From the NCBI GenBank assembly GCA_964036045.1, contig OZ038378.1, forward strand, positions 22,320,001-22,384,000: 64,000 bases of DNA, written 5' to 3'. Below, piece by piece: positions 48,533 to 61,873 of the stretch (its first letter is position 1; every line of letters starts with the position of its first letter). The position numbers and the translations under genes were made by a program. Origin of the DNA: Eutreptiella sp. 'Long Island Sound 2002' (Eukaryota > Protista > Euglenida). The notes below the pieces were generated by a model. That model had not been told where the DNA came from, searched no databases, and worked only from the letters and a program-made list of their open reading frames with translations.

Positions 48533-51500
48533 CTAAAACGTGCAGTCCCCCGCAATCCTTGCAGCTGGACAGGGATGGGGGTAGGAAGGCTGTACGAAAC
48601 CCCTGATCAGGAGCCTCGGGCACAAGCCTGTGCCGAAAATGTCCCATCCCGGTACAAAATAGTGACGCTCGGCACATGGAGAGGGTCAACAGGCAGGCAG
48701 AGCGCACCTGCGTCCTTTTGGGGACGTATTCACAGTGACTGAACCATTGTTTCCCGCGGCCGTATTGCAAGTCGTGTAACGCCTTGAGGTCACTCCAATC
48801 CGGCAAGAAACAGATGAAAAAGAGTGGACCCTGCAGACACAGTCAATCAGGAGCAAAATGTTGGACTTCTTTCAGAAGCCTTGAAGCCCATGAAACATGA
48901 GCCACGATATCTGCATCTGATAGCCTCCGCCAAAGGTTGAAGCTGCATCCGGTGGAGAGTTGCCCTCACATCCGACGGTCTGTGGTTTGCTGGATGCTAA
49001 TGTCAAGTCTGGTATGAGTACATTGTGCAAGGCACTAGCTCACAGTCCCGTTTTTCGCCGCCCCTGGCTTTTGCAGTCGGACATTCATATCGCACCCCAG
49101 ACCGTACTGTGGCCCCACGGGTGCAGAAAGGCTTCTGCATGTCAGAGACATGTGCGCCTTCTATGCATGCAGAGCATGCAGTACGCATGCAGTGCGGTGA
49201 TCGCCCTGCACGTAGTCTAATCCCGATCATCATCAGTGTCCGACCGAGATGGTGGCGGCAGGCACAGGCAGGCGCATTGGGCGGCCTCCAGAACTGCGGT
49301 GCACCCAGCAGCAGTCAGCACGGTAAACACCACATGTCCCAGAAGCATGTGTTTCTGCGACGTGCGTGACGAGGCATCGCCCACTGAAAAAAGGCGGGCT
49401 GGTTGCTCCTTGCGGAACACAACAACAAAATGCAAGCAAGATCCTGCACACCCGTCATACAGGCAGCCTGGGGTGTGTGGGGGGGGGGGGCTGACCTAAT
49501 TAAAAAATAGACAAATGCAAACCAGAGGTAATGCACTCGTTGGGGGGGGGGGGGCGATTTGGTCGTTGCTGCGACCTATGGTGGAAGGAACCGATGAAAA
49601 CACAGGACTTTCCCAAACTTGAGAAACCTGGATATCATTGACATCCAAAACTTCTCATGGCAGTGAAAACTGAACGCGTCCCCTGGATGGGACCCCCAAT
49701 TCAGCCCATAGCGCATTACACAAAACCTGAGTACATCTCAAGGTCAATGAGGACCAAGTTTTGACGCACGGTACATGAAAAAGTTTAAGACGTGTCTCAA
49801 CGAATGAGAAGCAAATTTGACGCATGTCTTGGGGACTGGAAGTGGAGTTGGGTGTGTGTCTCAGTGAACGACATGTAAAATTGACGCATGTTTCAGTGCA
49901 CAGGAACCAAGTCCGATACATGGCTTAAAAAAACAAACCAAGCATGACTTGTTTGTCGGTGCATGAGGAGCGAAGTAACTGCATGTCGCAGTAATTGGAA
50001 CCAGGTTTGGGTGCATCTCAACGAATGACCTCCGATTCCGACCCCTGTCACGGCGAAACGGAACAGCGTTTGACACAATGAAGGACAACCAAAAGAAAAT
50101 CCGTCAAACTTGTTTTTGTGCACGAGCCGTTCACTTGGCTTTACTTCACCAACAGATGTATCAAGCTTGGCGTCTATTTGGTCAGTCACGTGTCCGGTTT
50201 GGGGGTCGGTTCTGATTCCCCCATTTCATTCTGAGCATTTTGAATATACACAACTGGGGTAATCCCATTCACATTTCACTAACATAGGGCATTTTAGCTT
50301 CTGAACCAGTGCATGGGGGCCCCTTGGGAAACTTCTGTTCCCCTTTGGCGTCGGTTCGGGGGTCTGGAGGGTGGTCGAGAGGGGTGGAGGGGGTGGGGGT
50401 GGGTCCTGCGCTACCACTGCCCGTGCCCCATCCCCGAGCATGATGAACGCAATGAGACAAACAGCAGAGGACGGCCACATGAAACAGACAGGGTATGCAC
50501 AACAGAGCAGTGCACGAGCAGGATCAAGTGGAGAGCATACATCGGCTGCATCAAAAATGTCCAATAGATGGTCAATCACTTTGGTAAGAATCACTTCCGT
50601 GTTGGGCGGGGCAGCTTGATAAGCCCCGGTTTTGGGCCAGAACGACATGAACGACTCCACACACCCAAAATACTTGTCAGTATCCGCTATGCAAGACCAG
50701 CATGTGCACAGGGACATCCCTCACGTGGCAAGACAGAGCCTGTCCCTCTTTTTGATATTTGCAAGAATGGGATGATTGAATCTGAAGCGACCCCAGCCTC
50801 ATCCCATTGACCCTGTGTAAGGGTGGGCAGCTCACAACATCTCTGACGTGACCTGGCAAGCCCAACCCCCTGCCCAATGCTGTGGGATGCTATTAAAAAG
50901 GTCGCTGGACACATATTATGTAGTGTTCAACATGCACATTGCACAATGTGCAAAGCGCAGACAGTGCACAGCGTGGTATGCAGAGTGTGGACTGCAGTTC
51001 CCAAATTGTTGAAAAATGTGTTTTTGACCCCTGGCTACAACAGGTCACCACAGGCTCAAAACGGGCTAGCAACACTTGTTTGGGCATCCCAATGGATATA
51101 AGATCACTCGTGGAAAACTGTGTTTTTGACCCCTTTTGGAACCTGTTTTGGCCCATTTTTTAAGACTTTTTAGATCTTTTTCGGGGGGGGGGGGGGGGAG
51201 AACAGGTCACCACGGGCTCAAAACAGGTTAAAACCACTGGTTTGAGCATCCCAAATTGTCTAGAAACACCTTTGGAAAAAACTGCTTTTGACAATTTTTT
51301 GACTTAATGGTGACCCCTGCTAACCCTACCCTGCAGGTGCCCAGTGCACCCCTCCTTGGTGCCCATGGGGCATTGGCCTTGGTGCCAATGGAGTATTAAA
51401 GGGTGCCAACCATGTGGAAAGGGCCTACAAGCGTTCCCATGCATCATTATTCATCACCACAACAGTGCCCAAAGCAATGCATGGCAGTCAAACACACCAA

Positions 51501-54500
51501 AGGAAGGTGGGACTTGAAAAAGCAAGCTTTCAAGGCTGATTTTGGCCATTTTTGACCCCAAAAAGGGACTACACAGTGCCCCAAGATTGGGTCCAATGCC
51601 CCCTCCACAAACATCCTGGACATCCAAACCGCCAAAAATTGGCATTCTTTGGCAATTTTTGGACAGATTTTGAAACCTAGGTCCGCTAGTTGCAGCACCC
51701 GTCCCCGGCTGCCGCTGTTGATTTTCTTGCTCAAACTTTGTGTATTGTACTTCATATTCATAGGCATCACCCACCAAAATTTCGGCAGCATCCAAACCAC
51801 CACAATAAATTCTGATTTTTTCCAATTTTGTGTGTGTGTGCCTGCTACTTGCTGCTTATTACGTGCTTTTTGCTTGCCAGAAGGGAACCTCACCCTAGAC
51901 GCTAAAAAGGGGTATTAAACCTTACAGGTTACGCCAGCTGAGTGACCTGAACACAACCCTCAACGCCTACTCAATACTGAGTATTGGGTCCGAGCTGTTG
52001 GGGAAGGGAAAATTGCACACTGAAAGAATGTCCACATCCTGGCACCCCAAATACAAGGCTCCAAACTGCATCTCTCCCAAAGTGAACCTAGACCACTTGG
52101 GATGCTTTAGCAAATGTTTTTGGCCAATTTGGAGCCCACGTTAATCCTTTTCAGCCTTTTGGCCCATGCATTGACGCATACTAGGTGCACCCAATATATT
52201 ACAGCCGTCTCCACGTGTGTAAATACAAACACGTGCATAGACAAAAACACAGACCAGGGCACGGACAGTGTGTGGTTTGCTGTCTGCGGGGTGCATGCTT
52301 TACAATGTGCCATGTGTGTGTCCTCGCCAGCTCGTTCCCATTATTCAGTCCTGGTCAGGGGTCAGTGGCAGGCATGTCTGCATTTACCAGCTTACAGGCT
52401 AGCCTGAGGGTTTGGGTTAGTAGAAGGATGAGACCTAGCCCTAGCCACAACCTGAATGCAACACCAGGAGACACAAACGGGAGCTGGAGGGCCACTGGTG
52501 GTGTTCGGAGCAGAATCACTGGCAGTTGGAGACTACAAGAAGTCTTTCTGGGTGGTTCCCCGACAATCTTTGAGAAAGATGTGCCTTCCACACCACCTAG
52601 TATCACTGCACTTTCCATATCCTTGCCTTAGCGTCGCATACACCGACCACAAAATTCTCTAGAGCTGACTAAACACCCGCAACATACGAAACGCGGAACA
52701 GCATTGGTCAAATATGGCAAACTGTGGGGCAGCAAACGTCTCCATCGTGACTCCAGCATGGTCCCTCAGAATGCTGAACAGCTCTGGGGACAGTGCTCCT
52801 TGGAAATTTCTCCCAGAGCCAGCGACGTGATCCTGACACAGAAGGAAGAGCGCGATGCCAACACACCTCGATGCGTCCATCTGGCAGTGATCGACGAACT
52901 TCTGAGACGGACTAGCCAACGAGCAGCAGCAAACTATCTTGAACAACACGCCAGTGTCTGCTTTACCGCAGTCACGGGTAAAATCGCATCCGGTGCTTCA
53001 TGCAGTGGGGCCTGCGCACCCCCGTTTGCAAATGAGAGCGATTGTGACTCCAGTGATGAGTTCCAGTGGTTGGGTGTCTGGTGGTTGCAGTTGCCTGCTG
53101 AAGCATGCAAGGGCGGTCTTCAAGGACACGGTTTCTGTCTGTCTTTTCTATTGTGTCACTCAGGGTGGTCTTTCCCAACCGGAAAAAAAACTCTGGCGTC
53201 CGCCACATTGGGCCCCACAAAGTTGGCGGATGAAAGCAATTGTCGTCCTGCAATGGACGGCAGTCGGAGGGACCTTTGATGCTAGCTCTGGCTACCCACC
53301 AAGTCCCGTCGCGTACACTTGACCTAACACTGAGGCGGTGCTGAGCCTGCAATCCGGGGGGGACTGTCACCAAATTAAGATTCCCCCGCACCCTCCTGGG
53401 GGGGGGGGGGGGCGGACACCACACAACAGTAACCTGAATTCTAGTATACCCAACTAAAATTTTTCTTTGGCGCCTGTGATTTCCTATTGATTTTTTATTG
53501 TTCACGAGGAACACTGACAATGATGGAAGGCATTTGTTGAGGTGTTCCATCTGGTTCCTGTTCCTTTGATGGTTCAGGTTGGAACTGCAGCTTTGCAGGC
53601 ATGTGATCCGGTGTTTTGCGTATGCGACCCATCGGGTTGTTTTGTGTTTCTCCCCAAAACATGGCCCTTGAGGATGGCCCAAGCACAAAGAGTGCATTCC
53701 CATTCTGTGATGCACCTCGTGTGTCTGTGAGGCACGGAATCCCTTTGCGGGTTATTGCAGCATGCCGCAGCGGCCTGTAATTTTTCCACATGTGGGTTTC
53801 TGTAGCTTCACGCATCTCCTGTTTTTCTTCTTTTGTTTCCATCTTTTGCCCATCTGCTTGATGTCAACGTCTACAACTGCGGCACACTGCACCTCTTGGT
53901 GCCGGGTCCCAGTCCCTCATCAAGACCGTTCAACAGTGTTCAGCATCGCTGAGAACCAGTGGGCCACTGCTGCGTCACACACCTCGAGCGCAGCGTACCG
54001 CGTCAGTAGGCCAAAGACTCGCAAATGTAGCAGCTCGTCACTGACTGCATCATCGGCGTCCTTCCCAAAGCGGTCATGCAGGGTCCGGAGCCGCTGGTAA
54101 ATGGACTTGTTGACTTTGCAGCGCGCCAGCGCGTCGTCCAGTCCACTGTGCCCCGTCATGCGGAACTGAACCTGAGTAAAGCACTTCCGAACAATCCACA
54201 AAACACATGGGCCTGGCCTACCTCGACCGTGAAACAAGAAAGCCGGCGAACTCGTTTGATCACACGTGACCTTTCAGCCTTGGGAAATTGCATGCGCTGA
54301 GCCCACAGCCCCAAACCAAAACACATGAAATGGTCAGATATGAGGCGCATGGGCAGCCCAGATGAAGCGCATGGGCAGTGGGCACTGCAGATGAGGCGCA
54401 TTGGGACTGCAGATGAGGCGCATGGGGAGTGCAGAAGGAACAATCACATGGGCCGTCATTCCTGATGGGTTGACGTTGTGTTATGCTGGCCATTGATGTC

Positions 54501-55944
54501 ATTGTGGCCCCTGTGTGTTGCGGTCCGGACGACACTTTGTACATGGCCATCTAAATAGGGCAGGGGCATGCGCAATGCTGTCGTGCATTTGTGTGGTGAG
54601 GGGAAGGGGCGACCGCAGAAATTCTGAAGGGGTGGAAGGCAATGCCGATGTGGCCCATCTGTGAGCCTCTAATATTACATTGATTTAGCGCGCCTGCTGG
54701 GCCATACAGCCCCTGATTGCGTTCAATGTTACGCAAACCAACTTTGTTTTTTTCGTTTTGCTCCCTGGCCCCTTTAACTGAGTTTTTCCCCGTCTCAGCA
54801 AACACCCTGTTGGCTGCTTTCAGGAGATGCAGCAGTCCCACGGCCTCGTGCACCACATCCACCTCCTCTTGTAGGCCACCTCCTTGTGCATCACGCTGTG
54901 CAACAGCATCTGCATCATCTCGCCCCTCATACACAACCATCCATTCGTGGCAGCGGCAATGGACGGAGAGGTGGGCTATGCTTAAAAGGGAGGACCGGAA
55001 CCGGGACCGGGACCGGATGGACCTGACTGACAGCAGTTGGCGAGCAGGCGGCGGCACTTTGCTGGTTTTCTCATCACGGCTTTGCTTCGGCAACATCCGC
55101 TGACACTTAAGGGACCGCGGCGGGTGGATGAACGACGGCAGCTGCTGGCCCACTGACGCATTCTTGAGAGTAGAGTACACGTGCCACTCGTCTCCCCGCC
55201 CCTTCACTCTCCACAAAGGACCACACTTCACAGCAACATGCCTCAGCCACCTCTCCGCGGTGTCCCATGCCCCACCAGGAGTGGTTGTCGTTCGCGAGCC
55301 CCGCAGGCTGTGATGCACTGTAATATGGGCTGGCCGAACTCCACTGTCTTCACCCGTGAATACGTATGCACGACGTGTCCGCACGATACCACGGATGGAA
55401 GGTCTGCCCAGTGGGGATTGCCGGCCCGGCCCGAGTGAAATGATTCCAGAGGCTTCTGATGGACGGCCCAACAGGCGGTTGGCGTTCCGGAGGCTCGGGG
55501 ATGGTTTCAATCGCCGGCCTCTGGAGAGTCAGTGCAAAAAGGACTGCCCGTATGCCTCATGTGCACTGCCCAAGAGCCTCATCTACACTGCCCAAGTGCC
55601 TCATATGCAGGGCCCATGCGCCCTGATCCACAGTGCCTTGTGCACACCTGATCGGAGCAATGGGTGACAGTCAAACGGCACTGAGCCAACGCCGAAGGTC
55701 CCACGTCCACGGTAGCGACAGCAGCGCGAGACTTGTCAACGCTGGCACTTAATGCAGCGCGGATTGAAGACACGCGATCTGGAATGGGCTGCGGACTCTT
55801 GATCTTGGCGAATGCGCTCTGCAGCAAATCACTCAGTTCGTCATCCGAAGTGCTAGTGGGCAGCTGCAGCAGAGCATTGACAGGCAGTGGACTCGCACAG
55901 CAGAAGCAGCAGCAGCAGCAGTAGTGGGCTCGGCTTCATTGTTA
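48533..55944 (-). CDS. PCIF1: PCIF1/CAPAM-like N6-adenine methyltransferase domain protein with a degenerate catalytic motif
   Basis: Phase-consistent exons: 54171-53983 (VFGLLTRYAALE), 52832-52688 (FQGALSPELF...ETFAAPQF...CCSAF), 50686-50541 (PDTDKYFG...GAYQAAPPNTE), 48830-48708 (GPLFFICFLPDW) and 48667-~48533 (RHYFVPG). These match PCIF1 LLRRY, LQGSLP, ECFASPLN, CSAFPDTDGYFG, GSFEANPPF, PLSFIVFIPEW and H.Y..G in order. Probable upstream exons: 55944-55682 (1-nt indel near 55897), 55307-~55022 and 54980-54806. The true 5' and 3' ends are uncertain. Confidence 0.85.
51000..51320 (+). repeat. Dispersed TTTTTGACCCC-type satellite family (duplicated ACAGGTCACCAC.GGCTCAAAAC unit)
   Basis: Two related units at ~51040 and ~51200. 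Similar sequence at ~46790-47130, 51530-51720 and 52080-52160. Confidence 0.6.
54335..54432 (+). repeat. Minisatellite CAGATGAGGCGCATGGG, 4 copies
   Basis: Direct reading. Confidence 0.85.
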
Positions 55945-56450
55945 CTGATCAGGCACATGGAACCGACAGCCCGCCGTCGACCCTTCCAAGGCAAGATAAC
56001 ATCAAAGTGCGGGCAACCGCAACAAATGATGCAACCCACTGCTGCCTCCAAACCCTCATCAACCACCATTAGCCCTTGCGACCCTCTAAACAATCGACAA
56101 CCCCCATCAACAGTGCTCTGCATCCATCAGCTTGTCAACCCTCTCCGAAGCTCAGTGAAGATCCTCAACAACTCTAATGGTAATGACACAACCCACCTTG
56201 CGCAACGGCCTGTAATGTTTCACCGTTTGATCGGTGGTCCGTGGTCGGTGGACAACGTTTTGAAGCCCAAAAGCGCCCTTCGACCAATGAGTGGTCGGTG
56301 GGCCCACCGAAATGTGCCTTTGAACGGGGGTTGGTCATTGCGCGGCGCAGTCATTGCGCAACACCGGTTGGTACAGTAGTGATGCGCAACAAAGAGCAAC
56401 GGAAAGTTGGCTGAGACTGTGCGCCTTGTCAAACGAGGTGCACGGGGGTT

Positions 56451-57730
56451 GAAGGTGTGGCGCTAACGAGGCGCGCGCGGGGGGGGGGGGGAGGTTTGGC
56501 GCTAACGAGGCGCGCGGGGGGGGTTGGCGCTAACGAGGCGGGGGAGGGGGCGGGGTTGGCACAAAGGGGTTTGGCGCTAACGAGGCACACAGGAGGGGTT
56601 TGGCGTTAATGAGGCACGGGGGGGGGCTGGTTTGGCACAAGGCCTTGGTGGTTGGCTCTGTTAGCCTGTGGCGGCGCCTATTGGCCTCTCGCCTTTGAAC
56701 CTTCTGCTATGACAAGCAGGCATCCATACTACTGTGGGTATCCGCACTGCCGCGGGCATCCACCTTCCTGGGTGGGAATCCAGAATGCAACTTCTGCTCG
56801 TGGCGTCCTCCCCTGACGGCCTGATCAGTGCCCGGTATGCGGTCATCACGAAAATCCCAGGCTGGGAGGTGCTCACCACAACCAGCAACGTGAATGTCAC
56901 ACAAGGCCATGGGTGCTAGCTCACCAATGTGTGACTTGCTGGTAGTGCGTTGTAGTAATATCTTCTGCGCTCTGCGCCATTCATGGCGAGCGCGTTGCAG
57001 AAATATGTTCGCTCAGAGTATTCGCGGGGGGGGGGGGGGGGGTTGGTGGACATTGCACACCGAATGCCACCCCGCTGACCCATGTGCCATTCCCGTTTAC
57101 GGTGCATGCATTGCGGTGCATACACAAGGCGGTGCACACACAAGGCGGTCTGTAGCCACCGCAGGAGCCTTGTTATTTAAAGGGGGTGCGGGGGCTGGCC
57201 CCCGCATCGAGCGTAGCGAGCCGTAGCGTGGGGACGGTTGGCGCACATTACACACCGAATGCCACTCCATTTACCCGTGTGCCCTTCCCGTTTACCCCCC
57301 CCACCATGGGAATTGCGGTGCATACACAAGGCGGTGCACACACAAGGTGGTCTATAGCCACCACAGGAGTCTTGTTATTTAAGGGGGGTGCGGGGGCTGG
57401 CCCCCGCGTCGAGCGTGGTGAGCCGTAGCGTGGGGACGGTTGGCGCACATTACAGACTGAATGCCACTCCATTTACCCATGTGCCCCTCCTGTGGGGGGT
57501 GGGGGGGGGTTGGTTGGAGCTAACAAGGCGCACGGGAGGGTTTGGCACGCATGGGGGGTTTGGCGCTAACGAGGCGTACGGGGGGTTGGTGTCATCGAGG
57601 CGCACCGGGGGGGGGGGGGGGCTAACGACGGGCACGGGGCAGGGAGGGTTGGCGCTATCGAGGCGCACGGGGGGTGGAGGTTTGGCGCTAACGAGGTGCA
57701 CGCCGAGCCCGGTTTGCGCCTCGTGAAACG
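56451..57730 (+). repeat. Two GGCGCTAACGAGGC minisatellite arrays (56451-56650, 57500-57730) enclosing a ~200-bp tandem duplication (57050-57485)
   Basis: The CAC(A/G)C(C/T)GAATGCCAC anchor recurs at ~57055, ~57250 and ~57450. Confidence 0.8.
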
Positions 57731-57869
57731 ACGCACGCAGTTTCAGGCAAACGCTCGTCTGCATCAATAAAAAGGCATCGGTAGCAAACAAATTGCAACG
57801 AAACACTGAGACCGAAAGCACCAGTAAAGCAACGGGTGCGGCACAGGGTATCACAAAGCCATTCAAAAC

Positions 57870-58600
57870 CCTTTGAAACCACCGGCAACTCCCCCATCAA
57901 CAAATCTATCCGCCTTATCAAACAATCTCTGCACCACCTCGGCAGGTGCAACCCTCATGCACCCTCACTCACCAAGTCAACGACCCAGCCTCACAACAAC
58001 CATTGAGAATTCCCTGAGATACTCCACCACGTGCATCTACCCCGATCCCTCACTCATCCCTTCTGCGGCACCTTTATCCACCGATGTATGGCTCCACCCT
58101 TGAGCTCCTTTAACAACTTACTCATGCAAAAATCCTCTGCATTCTTCGCCACTGCTGAGACGGTGTCTGAATCACCAACCCACAACCCCCTACAACGCAA
58201 CCCCAACTCTCATCCTGATGCCGACCGGTGACCCGTACATCCCCTCAACGACACCAGTCATACCAAAGGATCCTCGCCCTCCTTGCCTTCGAGGCCATGC
58301 CTCATGATCCAGCGCCCGAAACTGGCACCATTGACAGGCAGATCGTTGTTGCGGAGTTGTCGTGCAAACACTTCCCGCAACCAGCGCACCGCCTCCAACC
58401 TCCGTACTTCCCGCACTGCAGATTCCCAGGCCTGGGAACAAGCGACAGGACATACAGAGCACTTGGCATTCCCTAAGGGTTGGTCAGCCGTGCAGGTACA
58501 GGGCTGGCAACCGGAGACAGGGGAACAACACGCGCTTGTTGTGTATCCGATGGAGGCTGAGGCTACACCCTCTCGACTAGAGCAACCCTGTGGCTGCTAA
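57870..58600 (+). mobile_element. Decayed non-LTR retrotransposon, RT thumb/post-RT region
   Basis: Frameshifted segments (LRYSTTCIYP...LSTDVWLHP) resemble non-LTR RT C-termini; weak evidence only. Confidence 0.35.
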
Positions 58601-59949
58601 GGAGAGGTATCCTTACATCCCTACAGTCTCCTAGATCCAAACGCAAGCGCCGAAAACCTGGCACTACCTCTAGTAAGTGCAACAGGAAAAAAACAGTTGG
58701 ACGACCTTGTCTGCCACACCTTAGTGCAACGGAGTGCACAGAGGTGCATTTGCTGGTGGTGGGTGAAATGCTGCAGTGGTATGGGGGTCGTAAATCCGCC
58801 AAATCCCTTGGTTGAATAACTCACTCACACAATCCGGGAGGAACGTGCGGGGTAAAGCCTGCTCTCCAAAGGGGAAGGTGGGCGGCAGTGGCCAGCCCAG
58901 GGCCTCTGCAGTGGACCAAACACAAGCTCGCTTTTGGGTGTGTTGGCGGAACTGTCTGGCAGTAGAATGTGAAGTGCCACTGTTGCCTGAGCCTTCCGGA
59001 CTTGAGCACTATGTAGCGGATAGGAAAATGATTCCTTATGGTTGCAGCCGAAAAATTCACTTTCAGCACTATCACCTAGTAGGCATATCATCTATCCTCA
59101 GCAACTGCATCTTCAATTTCCTCCACCATCTAATCCCTCAAATCACTCCAATCTCCCTTCTGGTCACTGAGATCATCGGCCTCATCTTCCGGATGGCTCC
59201 AACATTTTTTCGCACATTGACAGCGTACCCCCACAACCACGTCTTTTGGCCAACCTCAAGTGTCCCACGCCAACTGCCATGCCTACTCATACCATTGGTC
59301 ATATTCATCCTTGATTGGGCCACATGAAGCATTTTTTTGTGTGTGCAATTTCTTCCTTTGGAAACCAACATCTGCACATGCATGGATTTCAACACGCTTG
59401 CTGCAACTGCTAAGATGTGCCGCAAATTGTTCACCTCACGTTACTCCAGATCTCACATCGTACAGGCAGCAGAATGTGCGCGTTGGTGTATCAGTGTGTA
59501 CGAGTTGTTGTAACAACATGTACACATTTGGACTGAAACCGAGTAAAGGGGGGGGGGGTCTCCTCCTCTCGTTGATCCTCTGGCCAGCTGGTATAGCCCT
59601 TGTCTTGCTTTGTGTTTGCATGCCACATGGTGCCACATAGCACATGAAATGCTATGGAACAATTCTTTTTGAAGAGCATATATTGGAAATTTGTACAACA
59701 ACATGTACTCGCTGGTGAATCAACATGTACGTGTCAATGATTCAGTGCGTGCCAGTCACACCATTGACAGTGACTCACACGCGTTGCTATATTGGACAGT
59801 GCCGAATATCGAACCAAAAGGTGGTCCTCCTGCATCACTGGGGGTGCAGGTGGGTAATATGAGTATCCGAACGGGTCGCAGCCATGGTCCTCAGTATGAC
59901 TGCCGTCTGCCTCTGTTCGCCCAACCTCGACTGTGCAGGCCGCGCCTCT

Positions 59950-60420
59950 TGAAGACAGGAGGGAGACACAAAGAGACACTCACAATCCCTCCAAGTACAT
60001 GCCACGCTGGACCACAACTGGCGGCTCACCAACGGCCAAGGGGACCTTTGGATCAAAGCCCCATGCAGCACATCACCATGGGCAACAACCAACACTCGTG
60101 CCCGTCAATTGGACTCCCGTAACAATGTCCCTCCGAACATCAGAACCTGCAGCAATGTCTCATGACACGGCATTGGTGGTCCCTCGTAGACCCGAGGGGG
60201 CTGGTAAGCATCCAAAGTCACAGATGGCCACGTGCACCTGGCCTCATGGTATGCCGCGCGGTCCATGCAATACATCACCACAGATTGCCCCAAGCAATCG
60301 AATTCCTGAAATGGCAGAAATCCAGCATCAGGGTCAAAGCCGGATGCAGCACAAAGGCCGGCGATGGGGCACGACGGGGCTGGAAACGACGTGCCCGTAG
60401 ATACAAATACCACTGCCATT
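59950..60420 (+). mobile_element. Decayed retroelement fragment
   Basis: Broken reading frame (WWSLVDPRGLVSIQSHRWP...) in the same style as the other post-RT fragments; weak evidence. Confidence 0.3.
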
Positions 60421-60534
60421 TAAGCTGCAGGTACTCATGGAAAGGGGGGGGGGCTCACCAGACAATGGCATCCCCTTTGTTTGGGGGGTGGGGCCTGGCC
60501 AGGAGGTTCTATCGCTCCCCTTCTCTGCCACACA

Positions 60535-60675
<141 letters not shown>

Positions 60676-61873
60676 GAAAACCCCGAGCCCTTCAGCCCCA
60701 GGGGTATGCAGCAGCTATGTCGGGCGGGTAGCAACGCAGTGCCTGGCAGCGCATCTTGGGCTACGGACCCATCAGCCAATGGGAGGCCTTTCCAGGGTGG
60801 CACGACCGACGCACCTCCACGAGGGTGCTGCTAGGACTCCTCGAAGCTAGTGATGGGGCGGGACTTTGCCAAACATGCTGCAGGCGCCGTGTCTGAGATT
60901 CTCCCGGTGGGGGCCACCCTGCTGCAGGAGTCGTACAGCATGGCAGGGGCAGGTAACAGCCCTGCACCTCGCCACGGGAGCAGCAATTGGGCTGCCCCAA
61001 CAGTAGCTGGGCCGCTGCAAGCGGCCCGCCGCACGGTCACAAACACCCCTTGTCCAGACCAGCTGTAGGATGTGGCCTGGGGGTTCCGGATCTTGCATGT
61101 TGGGCTGCACAGTCTCCGATGTCACTTGTTCCGGTCTCACCCTGCAGGAGGGACATACCTGTGGGATGACACGGGCATCATGACAATGTGGGGTGACAGC
61201 ATGCCCCACCGCTGTCACTGCCAGGGGCATGGCCCAGGTGGCCTGCGTCCTTGACCTGGTCACACTACAGGCGGGCGCAGGTGGGTCCAGTGGCGGGCAG
61301 CAGCCGTCGAGGCCGCCAGATGTGCCGGACGCCGGGAAGCGCGTACCATGACCCTTGCCGTGAGATTGGGGCTTGGAAAGTCGTGTGCACGGCTTGAAAA
61401 ATGGCCTTTCTGGAGTCAGCGCTGCTCTACAGCCGCAACCCCCGCTCCCCCCTGCATGAGCCCCACCAAGGCCCCCGAGACAGCCTCTGTGTTGTTCCTG
61501 TCTTCGGGCGGCAAGCCCCGTTTGTGTCGGGCCAGCCCAACCCATGCCATGTGTGCTGCCATGGGGTGATTGCCCTGCTGTACCCACGTCTGGTAGGATA
61601 CGCCACGGCCAGCGCAAAGGGCAAATCGCCAGCCACGCCATGGCCTTTCCCATCGAAGCGACACCCATCCGCAGCCTAAAGGGCAAGTCAGGGGCTGTGG
61701 GAAGTTTCGGGGGTACAGGCGACGCTTCGCTCCCTAGGAGGCTGGTGCCGTGCGTATTTAGATCGGGTGCCGCAGGGGATGCGAGAGAGCTGGCAGAGCT
61801 CAGCACTGGCCCCAGAGGACACACGCCTGGGGCCCCGGGTGCAGGAAATAACCAAGCGGGTGTCGGGAGTGCT

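Noticed and set aside
49233-49443. Candidate PCIF1 exon (ILLAFCCCVP...)
   Set aside because: Its phase is incompatible with the 50541 donor; the exon at 48830-48708 fits both phase and motif (PLFFICFLPDW) much better.
52833-52949. In-frame upstream extension of the 52832 PCIF1 exon
   Set aside because: The conserved LLxRY motif is supplied by the 54171-53983 exon, and 52833 has a good pyrimidine tract and AG.
54551-55510. 319-aa ORF as a stand-alone gene
   Set aside because: Only its central part has exon boundaries that chain into the PCIF1-like gene; both ends read as intron sequence.
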